This document shows, piece after piece, positions 1 to 13,823 of a stretch of DNA of 64,000 bases. Location: the NCBI RefSeq assembly GCF_001194135.2, contig NC_068981.1, positions 41,477,317 to 41,541,316 of the forward strand, read 5' to 3'. This DNA comes from Octopus bimaculoides (lineage: Eukaryota). How positions within the stretch are numbered: position 1 is the first letter of the stretch; each line of letters begins with the position of its first letter. A model generated the notes under the pieces. The model ran no database searches and was not told where the DNA came from. It worked only from the letters and a program-made list of their open reading frames with translations. The position numbers and the translations under genes are program-made.

Positions 1-1079
1 CCCCTCTCTTTCTCACACACACACACATATTGAATCTTAACTGCTCAACCCTGGAACATCTGAAGTAAATAACATGACCTGCTTGAAAGGTTCATCTGTA
101 AAATAATAATTTCTTGCTGCAATCAATAACCTAGTGACATTGCATGTTAACAACAATGGGGTCAGGCCTGTCTTGTCTCCTGTTATTGCAATAATACAAA
201 CACAATTACTGAAGCAGATAATATGAACTACTTGGTAAGATTTATAAAGCAATAACTGCTTTATCTAGAAATTATTAGGATATTGCCTTAACGCTAAGTA
301 ATTTTTTTATATTTGACTTGTAGTTGTTCTTGTGCTGTCCCATTTAAACAGAATATAGGTAGTTGGATTGACTAAGTGTGAATCACAGACCCAATGTTCC
401 AAATACTCCTTGCTTTCCTCCAGGTGAGGACCACACATCACATGATGATATACAGAAGTTTATTGTATGAAGTACAGTGTGACTGTCTGCACATATTGCA
501 TTTTTTTCACAGATTTTCCTTGCAGGTTTGTTGTCAGTAAGTCCCAGATCAAGCAAACCTGTGATCAAGGCATTCCAGCCATGTCTATCTTATCTTTTTA
601 AGAGTATGTAGAACTATGTTATCCAATGTGGCCTTTTCTTTCTTAAGATGATAGAGTGAAGTTTGGCTGCTACTTCTTGCAGGTTAGGCAGCCACAAAGA
701 GGCTCCATCATTGGCTCATGATATAGGCTGGTGGTGGTCCTAGAGAAAAAAAGTAGGTGTGGTGGGTTTGGTTGAAGTACCACAGTTGATATCCCTCTGC
801 AATTATCTCTGGTATTCCAACACAATATTTAGGGCTACTGAAGTTAATGCTATCATTATATGTATTTCTGCAGAGTCGGAGGTTCAGTTTGCTTAATATG
901 GTATAACAGATATATTTGAGGTTGATTGAATATACTCTGTGAGTTGCATCTTGTTGAAACATTCATTCTGTACTTTACATTTTGAACATTTTTGATTTTA
1001 TTGTATAGGGGATCTGTGTATAGCATGGAAAGATGTGACATGTCATTTGTTGCAGGGAGATGAGGTGGGGTGCAAGAAA

Positions 1080-2400
1080 GTCTGGCATAAAACATTGTGG
1101 ATCTAATTACTATTTATTTGTACACTATGTCTGTGATTTCTTTAATTGAAGAAAGTCAAATGTTAGGTAGATGTGTCCTGATTTCAATTAACCTGACCAA
1201 AATTAAGGAAAGCAATGATATGCAGGAGAAGCACTTAGCAAAAAGTAAACTGCTGAACTTGGCATTTATCAACATGGAGAAAGTCTTTGACAATGTCCTA
1301 TGCTGATGACCTTGTTCTTATAGCTGAATCTCTACTAGAATTAGAGAAGAAATTTCATGTATGGATGCAAAGACTGGAATTTAAGGGCCTTAGAGTTTAA
1401 TTTAGCAAAAACCAAAATACTAGTAAGCTGGAAAGCAGACAATTTACTTAACCCTTCAGGGAAAAGGCCCTGTACAATATATAGAAAAGATATAGGTCGA
1501 AATTTCATAAGGTGTGCTCTGTACAAACTGTAGACACATAAGAGGTGCAGTGGAATCACAAGAAGATTAACAGAGAAAGTAATCTTAGTGTGTGGTAGAT
1601 GTACAGGTACAATAAATACTAAGAATATGTAGGAAACAGATTTCCTCATGTGTGCAGGGGGATCATTGGAGATAGTAAATAGTTTTCATTACTTAGGTTA
1701 CCAAATTAGCTGTGGTGGAGGTTCTGAAAGCATAGTTACAAGAATAAGAACCAGCTAGGAAAAGTTCAGAGAGCTATTACCAGGGCTGGCCCTAGGGGTG
1801 CTGGCACCCCAGGCAAGCTGAACTTCAGTATGTACAAGCTGACAGTCGTGGAAAGTTCCTTGTCTTTGTCATGCCCTCTTTGGCCCAAGTTATCGGTACC
1901 TTGAGCCAGCTCTGACTATTACCTTTGTTGGTCACAAAAGGCCTCTCCCTTTTATATGATGCCTGTATACAGACGGCTATGTGACATGGCAGTGAATCGT
2001 GGGCTGTGACTGCAGAGGACATGCAAAAGCTTGAAAGAAATGAAGCCAGCATGCTCTGCTAGACATGCAATGTGCATGTACAACGAAGTGTAAATGTTTT
2101 TAAGAGAAATTGGGTATAAGAGGCATCAGCTGTAGTGTGAGAGAGAGAAGACTGCACATGTATGGTCATGTGATGCATATGGATGAGGACAGCTGTATAA
2201 AGAAGTACCAATCTCTAAATGTTAAAGGAATCTGTAGAAGAGGAAGACCTAGGAGGCATAGGATGAAGTGGTGAGAAATGACCTTCAAATGTTTAGCCTT
2301 AGATGACTAAGGACAGAGACAACTGGCATTATGATGTGCTTGAGAAGACTGCCCAGCAAAGTGAAATCCTTGTCCATGAACCTCCTCCCTCTCCCACAAC
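1080..2400 (+). mobile_element. Decayed RTE-like LINE (RT domain and C-terminus)
   Basis: Frame-broken remnants: LAFINMEKVFDNV (cf. AFIDLEKAFDRV), KTKILVS, F.YLG, KFRELL, GHVM..DED. Confidence 0.75.
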
Positions 2401-3381
2401 TCACCCATACTTTCCTTTGATGTTTTCCCCCACTCTCCTTCATTCTCCTATGTATCCACCTATCAACCTGCATGTTATATGTTCCTGTTAGATCCCCTAC
2501 CACATCTAGTTCCCACCCTCCTTTCGAAATCTTGTGAACTCACTGACCTACCCATCCTCTCTGATCCCTGGTTCACTCCATTATATACAATACCCTGTAA
2601 CTTGGATGTACAGGCCCTCACCCATCTTCCTCTCTTCCCCATCTGAGGAAGCTGTATCTCTCTTCTACTGCAAGACACCTTTCTGTCCCTCCTCCCAATT
2701 GAGGGATCTTGTCTTGCAAGTTACTTGGTGACCCCACTGCTGCTAATGCCTCATAGAAAGCACCTAGTACTTCCACACAGTTTCAATCTACCAAATTTCA
2801 ATCACAAGACTATGGTAAAAAATACTTTTCCCCAGTGTACCACAGTGAGGTTAAACCTAAATTCACAATGTTGCAAAGTAGATTAATAACCATTAAACCA
2901 TGCGTGTGATGAATTGCAGATATATTTAACCCTCATAAGCATGGTAGAATAGAGATAAGGATGATGATGATGATGATGGTAAAAGATTATGTAAGAATGA
3001 ATTTTAGTGGTAACTAATTATAGCTCAGTGGATGTTAAGATCTTCGTATAGATTTAATATGTATACATTTAGATAAAGATAGGGATTTGATGAAGGTTTT
3101 ATGATGTGTCAAAGACAGATTCACTGGTGATACATGTACACACACATATATACATAAAATGAAAAAGAAAAAAATTAATAACTAAACATAAATGTCTCAA
3201 TGAAATGTTTGCACTTTACAGTGTATCTGACTCATATAGGATATTGTTTCTTTTTTTTATATTTTCAAATTTATTATTTTATGTAAGTTCTTTATTTTTG
3301 ACAATGTCATGTATTAGTACAAAGGTGTTATGTTGCCAAGTTATTTAGTATTTGAGACAATTTTTACCTTGAGTATGTCAG

Positions 3382-3413
<32 letters not shown>

Positions 3414-4130
3414 GTCGCGTGTGCATTGTATTTCTCTGCCAGAATTTAATTAGAAGATGGGAAGTTTATAAGGAAATATCGAAAGAATTTTGGTATATGT
3501 GTGTGTACAGAACTGCTGCTTTATCTTGTTGAATATTATAATTAACTATAACCTACCTGTTTTACTGAAGTGACTATTGTTATCCTTATACAGCCTAAGA
3601 GAAAATACAATACAAAGATTGTTGCCAACTTTTAGTGTTTATTTAGAGGATGTGACTAGGTGGAAACAAATGTTCTATACATTTTGTCTTCCTTCAGACT
3701 ATTGTTTCTATAGCCAGACAAACTAAGCTCTAGTTTGATAAACTTCCTTCTGTTGTTTTCCCTCTAATGGTAGGTTGAGTATGTTTACTGAATGGATAAA
3801 ACAAGCAAGTACGTAGATTGTGTTATAGTCAAGTTAATCAGCTCCAGTTCTTAGTGTCTTAGAATAAGAGAGAAATAAAAAAGAATAATAAGTTTTGATT
3901 ATTGGGTAAGAAAATTGCTCCCATACAGAACTAACAACACCTAATTAACAACCCCAGATTTGTCACAGTTGAGAATTTAGAATCAAAATTTAGAAGGGAG
4001 ACATTTTCAAAGAATTATTTTAAGCTAATGTAATCTTTTACACAGAAAACAAGGATTGGAAAACAAATGACAGAAAGGTTCGTAACAGTGAAGTAAAACA
4101 ACTCTATGCAAATTTTGATTGTAGCATTTA

Positions 4131-4347
4131 TGAGGAGGTGCTGAAAAGTTCTTGACTTTAAGGGTCTCGGGATAGGCCTGGTTGGAAGCCCAACCTTCTG
4201 AGTTCTTTTATGGGGCTTAAAAAAACTGAAGGACCATTGCAATAAGTGTGTGAATCTGAGAGGGGGATATGTTCATTAAAATCGTAATTAACTGATCCTC
4301 CTGTATTTTCTTTTACCCAAAGCTAAGAACTTTTCAGCACCCCATCA
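4131..4347. mobile_element. Mariner-derived MITE
   Basis: Inverted termini TGAGGAGGTGCTGAAAAGTTCTTGACTTT / AAAGCTAAGAACTTTTCAGCACCCCATCA, TA-flanked, about 215 bp. Confidence 0.75.
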
Positions 4348-5761
4348 TATATATAGTTTACAATTTAGATTGCAGTATCTTAGTAATTCAGTCACTGTTT
4401 GTCATGCTATCAGAGTGTTGACCTATTCTATCACTGGCAATGACCTGATTCACTAATGTGAAATAAGTATACTGGGAAATGCAGCACAAAACTGCATGTC
4501 AAGTAATTTTAGAGACTAAATTACTCAAAAATGACATCCCCGTGAAAAGCAAGCAAATATGATGGGGATGGGGAGCATTAATAAACTAACTAGAAATAAT
4601 TAAACAGTCACGAAAAAAAATATTAGTGAGTATTTTAACTATTTTGGAACATGTGACGTGTTTCAATTTTATTGAACCTCCTTCATTAAGCTTTAACTTT
4701 GCTTTATTGCTAAAATAATTAAATATTGTACACTAGTTGGCATAGAAAACTATAACAGACTTGCTAAATGATAAATGTTTAGAGAATAAAATAATTTGGA
4801 CATACCAACTGCATGAAAAAGCTAACCAGAAATAATTATGCTATAAAGAAAAAACATTTGGTCAATGAATGACTAATAATGTAATTGTCTTGGAAAATAT
4901 GGGAAACAACTGTGCACATGACATCAACATAGACTTCCCCAAACTAATAGCAGAGTCACTGATTGTACACTGGTTGGCATAGAATATTGTTGTCTTTTTT
5001 TTCCTCACTGCATAATTTTTCTAGTTAGTTTTTTAATATTCCTTACATTAAGTAATTAAATATGTCAACACTTATTTAATTGATTGAAAACTGTTTCTTA
5101 TAAGGTACATGGAAAAGGAAACTTCCTTTGGATCTTTTCCTAAAAGTAAACACATGTAACCCCATAAGGTTACAGCTGTTTATTTTAGTTGTTGTGTATC
5201 TCCAGGCCATCTCTGGTTGTGTCATGCTTTGATCAAAGACCATCTCAGACATGACCATAATGTCTTCAATTCTTTAATAGTATAGCTGGCGCAATATTAT
5301 CTGATGTGTCCTTTCATAAGATGGTAGGATGTGGTTGAGAATGATTTATTTGTTATTTCTAGCAGATTGAATGGCCAAATAAAGGTTTCCTCATTGTTCA
5401 GTTACTTCTGTGTAATATTGGTATATGTTCTGCTGATTATATTTATTAGGTTTAGCATTACTTTGAAAGGCATAATAACTTAATGTGTGTGGCTATAATT
5501 TTTGTTTATATAATACTATGCATATTCTAAAAACAATTGTTAAAATAGTCTTCTGTTCATAACAGCACTTGTGACAAGAAGAGAACTTGCTGTAGAAAGA
5601 TCTTATTAGAATATGATATGAAGGTAATAGGACTATGTTGGACTACTGCTAAGTCCAACAATTAATTTGATGTCATGCTGTTTGGGCTATTTGTGGGATT
5701 AAATGTGAAAAGGATAAAAGTTTTTTAAAATAGTGCAAGAATTTTCTGATACTCTCAAGAA

Positions 5762-5945
5762 TCATCATCATTATCAACATTTAACGTCCATTGTCCATGC
5801 GAGCATGGGTTGGACGGTTTGACCAGGGCTGGTAAGTTGAGGGGGCTACACCAGACTCAAGTCTGATTTGGCATGGTTTCTACAGCTGGATGCCCTTTCT
5901 AATACCAACCAATCCAAGAGTATAATGAGTGCTTTTACATTCCAT
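5762..5945 (-). mobile_element. Family A SINE 3' part ((GAT)n tail)
   Basis: CATCATCA..TTTAACGTCC....CCATGC.AGCATGGGTTGGACG signature. Similar older pieces at about 9205-9420(+), 25095-25245(+), 27230-27425(+), 27684-28020(-), 40330-40520(-). Confidence 0.85.
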
Positions 5946-7767
5946 TTGTGAGACACCTGTATCTGCTATGATTTTACTTGGCTTGATAAACCAAAATCCA
6001 GTTGTTGAATGAAATGAAATTGAATGGAAACTTAATTTTAGTTTTTTTTTTTTTTTTCAATGTTGATTGAAGAAAACTTTAATTTCAAATTTACACAGTA
6101 TTTTGTTTTATAGAATTCTTGTAGATCCCTTGATTTAATAAGTCAAACTGAAAATATTTTTTAGTTATTTATATATTTTTATTATTTTCTTATTTCTTCC
6201 TCGTGTCAAATGATTTTACATTGATATGAAACGGAAATTTCAATAACTGTTATCTTAGTACCTAAAAATGAATCACATGCTCCTACGGATGGTTAAGTTT
6301 TCAGGATATTCAACGTTGTGTTGTTAAATAAACAAGTAAAATGTATAAAACATAGATATTGTAATTTCTTCGAAAAGAAGAGTCCTGTTAAGTGTTTTTG
6401 TTGTGATAAATGTTAACCTCTGAGTTAATTTTTGTCTAATTCAGAACAGATTCATTAAAGAGAGGAATCTGTAAGAAGTTAATTATAAGTTAGCTAATCA
6501 ATTAACAAACTCAAATTGGCAACGGAAGTTTAAAATTTTGTTGTAGTTCCTGTAGAAATACCTAACTTTTTATAAACTTTTCTAACTTTTAAAGATTTTG
6601 CATTTTTTTCTTTCTCTCATAATCATCATACACTTTTGGTTTTAATTTTGTTCTTTGCTTTAGTAATAACTGTTATTTTATACTCGTTTTATTTTTCTGA
6701 TTGGAAATTTTAAATAGGAACTTTTTCTTTATTTTTTCCCCAATTATCAACAAACTTCCTCTTAGACACCAACTTTTGTGAATTTGTAAAATGGTCCTAT
6801 GTTTGTATTCACTGTATACAATAAGAAAATAAAGCAAGTATTCACACAACCAAACTAAAATCTGTTTGCAATTTTTTTAATATTCTCTATTAATTTGACT
6901 TGGTTAAGTTAATAGAAAATATTAAAGTCTAGTATATGAGTTACCCTACCATATTCTATTCAGTGGCAGGGTTGACAAAACATGTAATATGGATAAATAT
7001 ACTTGACTGTACTCTCTTTTATAAATATGTAACCTTGTACCAATGGTTTGTTTTGGAGGACTTTTGAGTTTTGTCCCATGGATAATTTCCAGAAATCCCT
7101 GACATGGAGGTACCATCAGCCAAGCTTGTCCAGGATGCATGCAACAGTTCTTCATGCACTCATCCAGCATTTGAGCATTGCTGGTTTGTGGAGTTATGTC
7201 CTGTGTGTGGTGTCTTGCTGTCCTGTGTGTGGTGAGTCCAACTATCAGCTCAGTCCATTGTGAAGATCATCCCATTGCCTTCGTTTGGCCATCAAGGACA
7301 GGTAGCTGTTATCTTCTAAGGGCTTTGAGAAAAGAAGTTGTGTGGTGGTCTAGATTGAAAGGGCTGAAGACAAACACCTTCCTCTTTGGCTGAGCCCTTA
7401 TCAACATTTTTTTAAGCTTCACTTAAAAAGGAAAGTGAAGATGAAGTTGTAAATGCTATGTCTAAATAAATTTGTTGAAAGCTGAGTGGCAAGCATGGTC
7501 CCAGTGAATGGGCCTGTTCTGAGCATGTGCCTGTAGATTAGAGGAGGACAACTGAGAAAAGACATGGTCATGGTGACTATGGTCTGGTTGGGTTTCTACA
7601 AATAACTCTCAGAGGTCTTCTTTTGGGATTTATTATTTGTTTGAATTTTTTTTATTTCTTATTTCTGTTATTTTGGTATTTTACACACTTTTATGTAATC
7701 CCACATTGTATAGTCCTGTACCATCCTCTATGTTTTTGTCAACTTTAAGTGGTTATTCTGTGAGCTA

Positions 7768-7970
7768 GCAGAATTGTTAGCACACTAGATGAAATGCTTA
7801 GTGGTATTTCGCCTGTCACTGTGTTCTGAGTTCAAATTCCGCCAAGGTTGACATTGCCTTTCCTTTTTTCAGGGTCGATAAATTAAGTACCAGTCAAGTA
7901 CAGGGGTCGATGTAATCGGCTATTCCCCTCCCCTCTAATTTCAGGCCTTGTGCCTTTAGTAGAAAGCATT
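7768..7970 (+). mobile_element. Family B SINE copy
   Basis: Colinear with 13613-13823. Further copies at about 12488-12680(+), 28470-28560(-), 43190-43340(-), 48870-49040(-), 51420-51605(+). Confidence 0.85.
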
Positions 7971-8409
7971 ATTATTATTATTTAAGAAGGGAGGTAGATG
8001 ACAGAAATAGTAGTACAGTAGACAAAATGATTTTATTTATGCTCCCTTACACTGATTAAAAGTCTTGCTGCCTTTTGCCGTTAATCCTTCCAGGAGTAGT
8101 AGTAAAATAAGTATTGTACAAAATTAAATGATCCAATCTACTACATTTCTCTCCATAATTTGCAGCTTTGTCAGCTTATGTAAGAAATCATTATCCATTT
8201 GAAAGATACTTGCAGTTTATATCAAATTTACATGCTTTGAGAGAATACTCAAACAGGATTTGAAGACTACGGTATTACTAATTTCTGGAATGTACTTGTC
8301 TCTTTATAGATGTCTTTATAGAAGTGATTGCATATCTTTCCAGGTATACCAATTATATGTGATATTGGGCACACATTTCTTAAATACCACACTTTCTATT
8401 CAATAACTA

Positions 8410-9205
8410 ATGCATTGAATGTATTAGCGTTTGCACTGATGGTGCTCCATCCATACCAGGTAAAAACAAAGGCTTTGTGCCTCATGTATTATAAAAAAAT
8501 TCACAACTTAAAATTGTCTATTGCATGATTCACCATGAAATTTTGGTGTCAAAATCTCTACCTGATGGTTTCCTGAAGACAATGGACAACATTGTTAAAC
8601 TGGTGAATTACATAAAATCACATTTCCTATGGTGCAGACTTTTTGCATCCCTATGTGAAACTATGGATTCTGATTTTAAGTGTTTACTGCTTCATACAGA
8701 AGTGCGATGGCTCTTGAAAGGAAAATTGCTCTCTCAATTTATCTCTTAGTGAACTGAAATAATATGTTTCTTCGATGCTGAAAATTTTGGATTTGAATTT
8801 CTTAATGATGATAATTGGTGGCTGGAAGTAGTATTTCTCAACGATCTTTTTGAGAAGTTGAATGTTTTAAATTTGAGTCTGCAAGAAGCGAATGAGAATA
8901 TTATTACAATTACAGGCAAATTAAAGTCTTTCACCAACAAGTTAGAACTGTGGATAAGGAAAGTTAAAAACTCGCAGTTTGATTGCTTTCCAGGCATAGA
9001 GGCTTTTCCAAACAAATTAAAAATTTTATCAGAAATGCAGAAGACAGTAGAAAACCTCTCTGTATCATTTTCTAAGTATCTTCCATCACTTGATTATCAA
9101 ATGTATGAGTGGGTCATCAATCCTTTCACAAGATACGACAGTACACACCTGTCATTAACATTAACAGAAGAAAATTTAATAGACTTGAAAAACAATCCTG
9201 TGCAC
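8410..9205 (+). mobile_element. hAT (Buster/Charlie, ZBED5/8-like) transposase remnant
   Basis: CISVCTDGAPSIPGKNKGF...CMIHHEIL...LVNYIKS...LLLHTEVRWL.KG...LNLSLQ...KLELW...EWVINPF, with an in-frame stop and frameshifts. Confidence 0.88.
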
Positions 9206-11499
9206 AAAGCGCCTGTACAACGCCACATAAAAGCACCTGTGCAGTATCACATTAAAGCTCCCAGCACACTCTGTAAAGTGATTGGTGTTGGGAGGGCCAT
9301 CCAACTATAGAAACCATGCCAAATTAGACTGGAGTCTGGGGCAGCTTGCCAACTCTGGTCAAACCATTCAACCCAAGCCAGCATGGACAACAGATGTTAA
9401 ATAATGATGAGGATGATGATGGAGACCAATATATTTTTTTAGTGGCTACCAAGACTGTACCACAAAACTTGTGTTTACTGTTTCTTACATTTTTAAGTTT
9501 TAGAGTTCTGACTATATATCTCAGAAGTTGCACTCAATACATACACACAGGCATACTAAAGCATTCACTCAACATTGCTCTACATCCACAAGTCTACAAT
9601 CGGAGAAAGTCCTCTCTGTATTCTGTACTGATGCTACATCTGTTCTTTTAAATTTGTCAACTCTGAATTGCGTTAATGGACAGCTATCAGATATAAATGT
9701 GGTTTCTTGCTGTAGTGTAGCCAGGTTCTAAAGGTAGTGGTGAGGAAGCAGATAAAAAAAAAGACATCATGACACATACCAAATAATTTTTTATTCATTT
9801 CTCTTATATTACTCGAAATATTCCATTAGTTATAATATACATAAGTGTATTCTACAGTTGTTAATTTCATGTTTCAGTAACAGTGTCATTATATATGAAA
9901 CTTACAACTACTGATATAGGCGTGATATGAAAAGATGAAACTCCACAGGATTGTCCAGTGTCAAGAGGTTATGACATTAGGGTTTGTTATAGTTCTTCAG
10001 ATGTCAGTGGCCACCAACATATCACAGGAGATTGAGCAGACAGTTCAAAAGCACAGGAGGCTGGTCAAATAAAGTAATGATTGCCAAAAGTTCTTCCAAG
10101 GCCATGTGATTAACAAAAAAAAAAAGATTCAACTTTTACCTTACAAGTGAACTAAAGAGTTAAAAAGAAAATTGTTGAAAAGGCACCAGTTATGAAAAAT
10201 GTGCTCATGGGGAGTGGTTGCTCCCCTTCTCTCTTATTAGTTATGCCACTGGATTCTTGATATGTTCATGAGTTTATAAATTTAAATGAGATTATCACCA
10301 TTCATTAAGATCATTATGTAAAATAATTGTTTTAATAATTTTTATTTGTAATTTGTTTTGTTGTCTTTACCGGGGTTTTGAACACTTTGATGCCAACCTC
10401 TTGTTGTAAAAGTTACCATTCTAGATCCATGTATATCTGAGTGATATTTATTATCAAAGAAGAATAAATATTTATATTCATTTGAAAAAACAACCACAAA
10501 GTTCTCAAACTTTGAACAAAGAACATAAATATATAAGTACTTTGTTGTCTTGATACATTTCACTATTTTGTTTAAGTAAATGTTTATCTCCACTATAAAC
10601 ATGGTGACCTAATGTTGCTCTCTCTTTCTCTCTCTCTAAACTTCCTTCTAAGAAATCCTTTAATTAAAGAGATGCAGCCAATCATACAAGCTAGTCACTG
10701 TAATTACTGTGTAAATGTTCTTTGTAGTTTGTTTCAATTTCTATTATTCACACATTAAAAACAATGAGAGTAGTGAGTGGGGTGTTCTACCATTCATGCT
10801 TTGAAACATTTATCTTTTAGTTCTTTATATTTTTTATATTGAATACTTTTTTTTATATAATTTTACAAATCTTACTGCTTTTCTTTCTTTTTTTTATTTT
10901 TTAAGATTTACTAAAGAATGTATAGTGTAAAGAGTATATAATTTCAATGACATTAATTTCTAAGAACTATTGTGTCCTCTACCATAGCTGGTTCCATAGG
11001 CCAGTTATAAAGAAGAAATTGTAAGTGAAGCAAGTAACTCTGTCCTGTGAAAAAAAAAAAGAATTTACAACAGAATCTGTAAGGGAAAATTATCCTGGTG
11101 AAGGAAAAATCACTGTTCATAACATGTGAACTTTGATGATTTGAATTTCCAGCAATAAAGTAGCAAACATGTTTTTCATTGTCATCAACTACAAGCTATA
11201 TAGGAGTTTTCAGTCACTCAACCTGCTAAAAACAGCACCAAAATCTCCCTCTAAACACATTTTATCATCTTAGATAGGAAAAGGACTCATTAAATTATGC
11301 AGTCTCGCATTCTTCTAAAAAGACTGCATAGTCATGTTGAAATGCACTTTTGAGCAGAAGTCTGCTCTCTCGGGTTTGACTTGGAACTAAACAACTATAT
11401 TAGGCAAGAACTGACACCACTGGTGTTTGACTCCTAAGGGCTTGATTTATAATTAAGGTAGTCAAACCATGAAAACAATATCTATTTAAAAAAATTTTT

Positions 11500-11760
11500 G
11501 ATATAAAACAGTAGAATATGGTTTGAGATTTGGCTACTGTTTTTAGCTGGTCAATGCCAACAGTGGCTTTGTTGCATTCAAAAGAAACGTAAAAATGTTC
11601 TGTCTGTACAAGCTGAGTATGACAGTGCATATAATGATGAAATCATGCAGATTGATACCATTTCTTTTGAATAGCCACACCAGTTCACATACCTTGACAG
11701 TTTACAGATGAGTGACAACTTCCAAAACATTGTTGGGCTTCAAGTTCTTGTTGCTTACTC
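11500..11760 (+). mobile_element. LINE RT C-terminal remnant
   Basis: ...KKRKNVLSV...IMQIDTISFE*PHQFTYLDS resembles KKTK.M...I.IDG..LE.V..FTYLGS. Confidence 0.5.
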
Positions 11761-12929
11761 AAATCAATATTTAATTGTTCATGTTGACCAGATATCTGTA
11801 AGTCTTAATCGGAGGAACAACTTTCTGCCTAAACCTCAATCTGCTACCAAGTCAACCATCAACTGTCAGTTGTAGAACATGGTCGTTGAATACCACAAGT
11901 CAACAAGTTATCAACAACAGGACAAGTACCACAAGCCAACCCTACTATCAGCAACATAAAATAGTCGTTTAATATTCACTGTATAGTAGAAGCCACAATT
12001 CATTTTTAAACAATGCAAAGTCTGTAAACATGGCTTTAATGGATCATCCTGGAGATGATCAATAGTAAAAAGTGTTCAAAATATATGTTACTCTACTCTG
12101 TCAACCTATAAACACACCAACCAATAAGACATTCTTTATGCAATCACTCCACCTACAAGAAATAGCAACCACATCTACTTCAAACCACACCCTACCATCT
12201 TAAATAAATAATATTACACTGGATATTTCTGGTATGCAAAGACACAAAAGTCAAGGCAGGAAAACTTTTGATTATAGGTGTGCTTGATCAGAACTGATTT
12301 GAAGCTAAACAACAACTAAATATTTAATCCTAGCACAAAGCCATTTGCAGAACTACGTTTGCATTCATGTAAAGATAGATGAAAATGTTTTGTTGTTTAG
12401 CTCACCTCTACCTTGATTGAGTTGACCTATGATCAATAGCATTCCAGCCAGGATCTGATAGTCTTATTATTTAATCATAATATAAAGCGGTGAGCTGACA
12501 GAATTGTTGCCATACTGAACAAAATGCTTAGTAGCATTTCTTCAGGTTTTACATTCTGAGTTCAAATGTTGCTAAGGTTGAGTTTGCTTTCATTCTTTCA
12601 AGGTCAATAAAATAAGTACCAGTTGAGACATCCATGTAATCAACTTGCCTCTTCCCCACAAATTTCAGGCCTTGTTCCTGATATATCTAAGACTGCATTA
12701 TCCAATGTATTCGAGGATTGTGATTTGATGGAGATTTGGCTGCTATTTTCTTATAGGCCATTCAACTACTTAGAGGAGGCCTCCCTCTCTGACTTATTAG
12801 ATTGCTGTATCCCTTGCACACCAGTGTGCAAAATTCTTTTTGTTGATAGTAACTCTAGTTCTGATCAATGAATCTAGAAATGACTTTGCATTCCACATCT
12901 GGCAGTATTTTTAAGTTACACTAGCCAGA

Positions 12930-13170
12930 TAAAAAGTTCAAAAGCTGACCAACATATTCTCACGGAATGTAACCAAATGTGGTTTATTTTTCAACATAGC
13001 CCCCCCCCCTTGTGGTCCACACACTTCTTCCATCAATGTTGCAGTGCTTGGATCTTGTTGGTCAAAGAAATCAACAGCAGATATGATGTCATCATTACTA
13101 GTTCCCAACCAAGTGTTTTTTTCAGCTACTTGGGTTAAAAGTGTGACCTGCAACTTGGAACATAACATTC
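12930..13170. mobile_element. Mariner terminal/subterminal fragment
   Basis: TTTATTTTTCAACATAGCCCCC...GTGGTCCACACACTTCTTCCATC..TGTTGCAGTGCTTGGATC, typical of mariner non-coding ends. Confidence 0.6.
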
Positions 13171-13612
13171 ATTTCTGTATATTATAAGATAGTACTATAT
13201 TCGAGGAGGATGGTTGACAAAGTTTTTAGAATGTCAGATAGATTGCTTTGTGGTAATTGTTTCAACTCTCTACACTCAAATTCTGCTAAAGTCAACTTTA
13301 CCATTCATCTTTTTGGGATTAATAAAACACACCAGTTCTGTTCTGGGATCAGTGTCTTTTTCACTCACTCTTACTTTTTGTCTATCTTCTCATCTGGAAG
13401 AAATCAGTTGTGGTCAAATCTAGAGAGAAATGGGCTCTGTCATGCCTAAAAGGGGCCCCACAATAAACCCTGTGTTATGATGACACTTCTATGTCTCCAT
13501 TAAGGAGTTGTGGGCCCAAGGCAAAGCAAGGTAATGTTATGTTAAGCTGACTTTTGTCATACCTTAAAACCCCATCAACAAAATTCATTGTTCTATATCT
13601 TAAATATTGTAA

Positions 13613-13823
13613 GGTGGCGAGCTGGCAGAAACGTTAGCACACCGGGTGAAATGCTTAGTGGTATTTCGTCTGTCTTTACGTTCTGAGTTCAAATTCCACC
13701 AAGGTTGACTTTGCTTTTCATCCTTTCGGGGATGATAAATTAAGTACTAGTTGTGCACTAGGGTTGATCTAATCAACTGACCCCTCCCCCAAAATTTTGG
13801 GCCTTGTACCTAGAGTAGAAAAG
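13613..13823 (+). mobile_element. Full-length tRNA-derived SINE (family B) with a perfect 19-bp TSD
   Basis: TSD TATATCTTAAATATTGTAA at 13594-13612 and 13824-13842; A-box-like head GGCGAGCTGGCAGAAACG, B-box-like GAGTTCAAATTCC, core CATCCTTTCGGGG..GATAAATTAAGTAC. Confidence 0.9.

Noticed and set aside
4726-4988. ~25-bp direct repeat ATTGTACACT(A/G)GTTGGCATAGAA at about 4726 and 4962
   Set aside because: Only two copies with no regular array, so not CRISPR-like; probably an old local duplication.
5076-5330. Minus-strand ORF near the promoter-like patch
   Set aside because: Preceded by an in-frame stop; other frames show GHV/GHI-like LINE C-terminal debris.
3443-5623. Several AG...GT-bounded open segments on + (3443-3492, 4046-4077, 5566-5623)
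   Set aside because: No similarity to SHPK or any protein I recognise, and no consistent chain; expected by chance in AT-rich DNA.
10342-10602. 86-aa minus-strand ORF with a natural-looking segment (IHGSRMVTFTTRGWHQ)
   Set aside because: No recognisable family or partner exons; needs a homology search.
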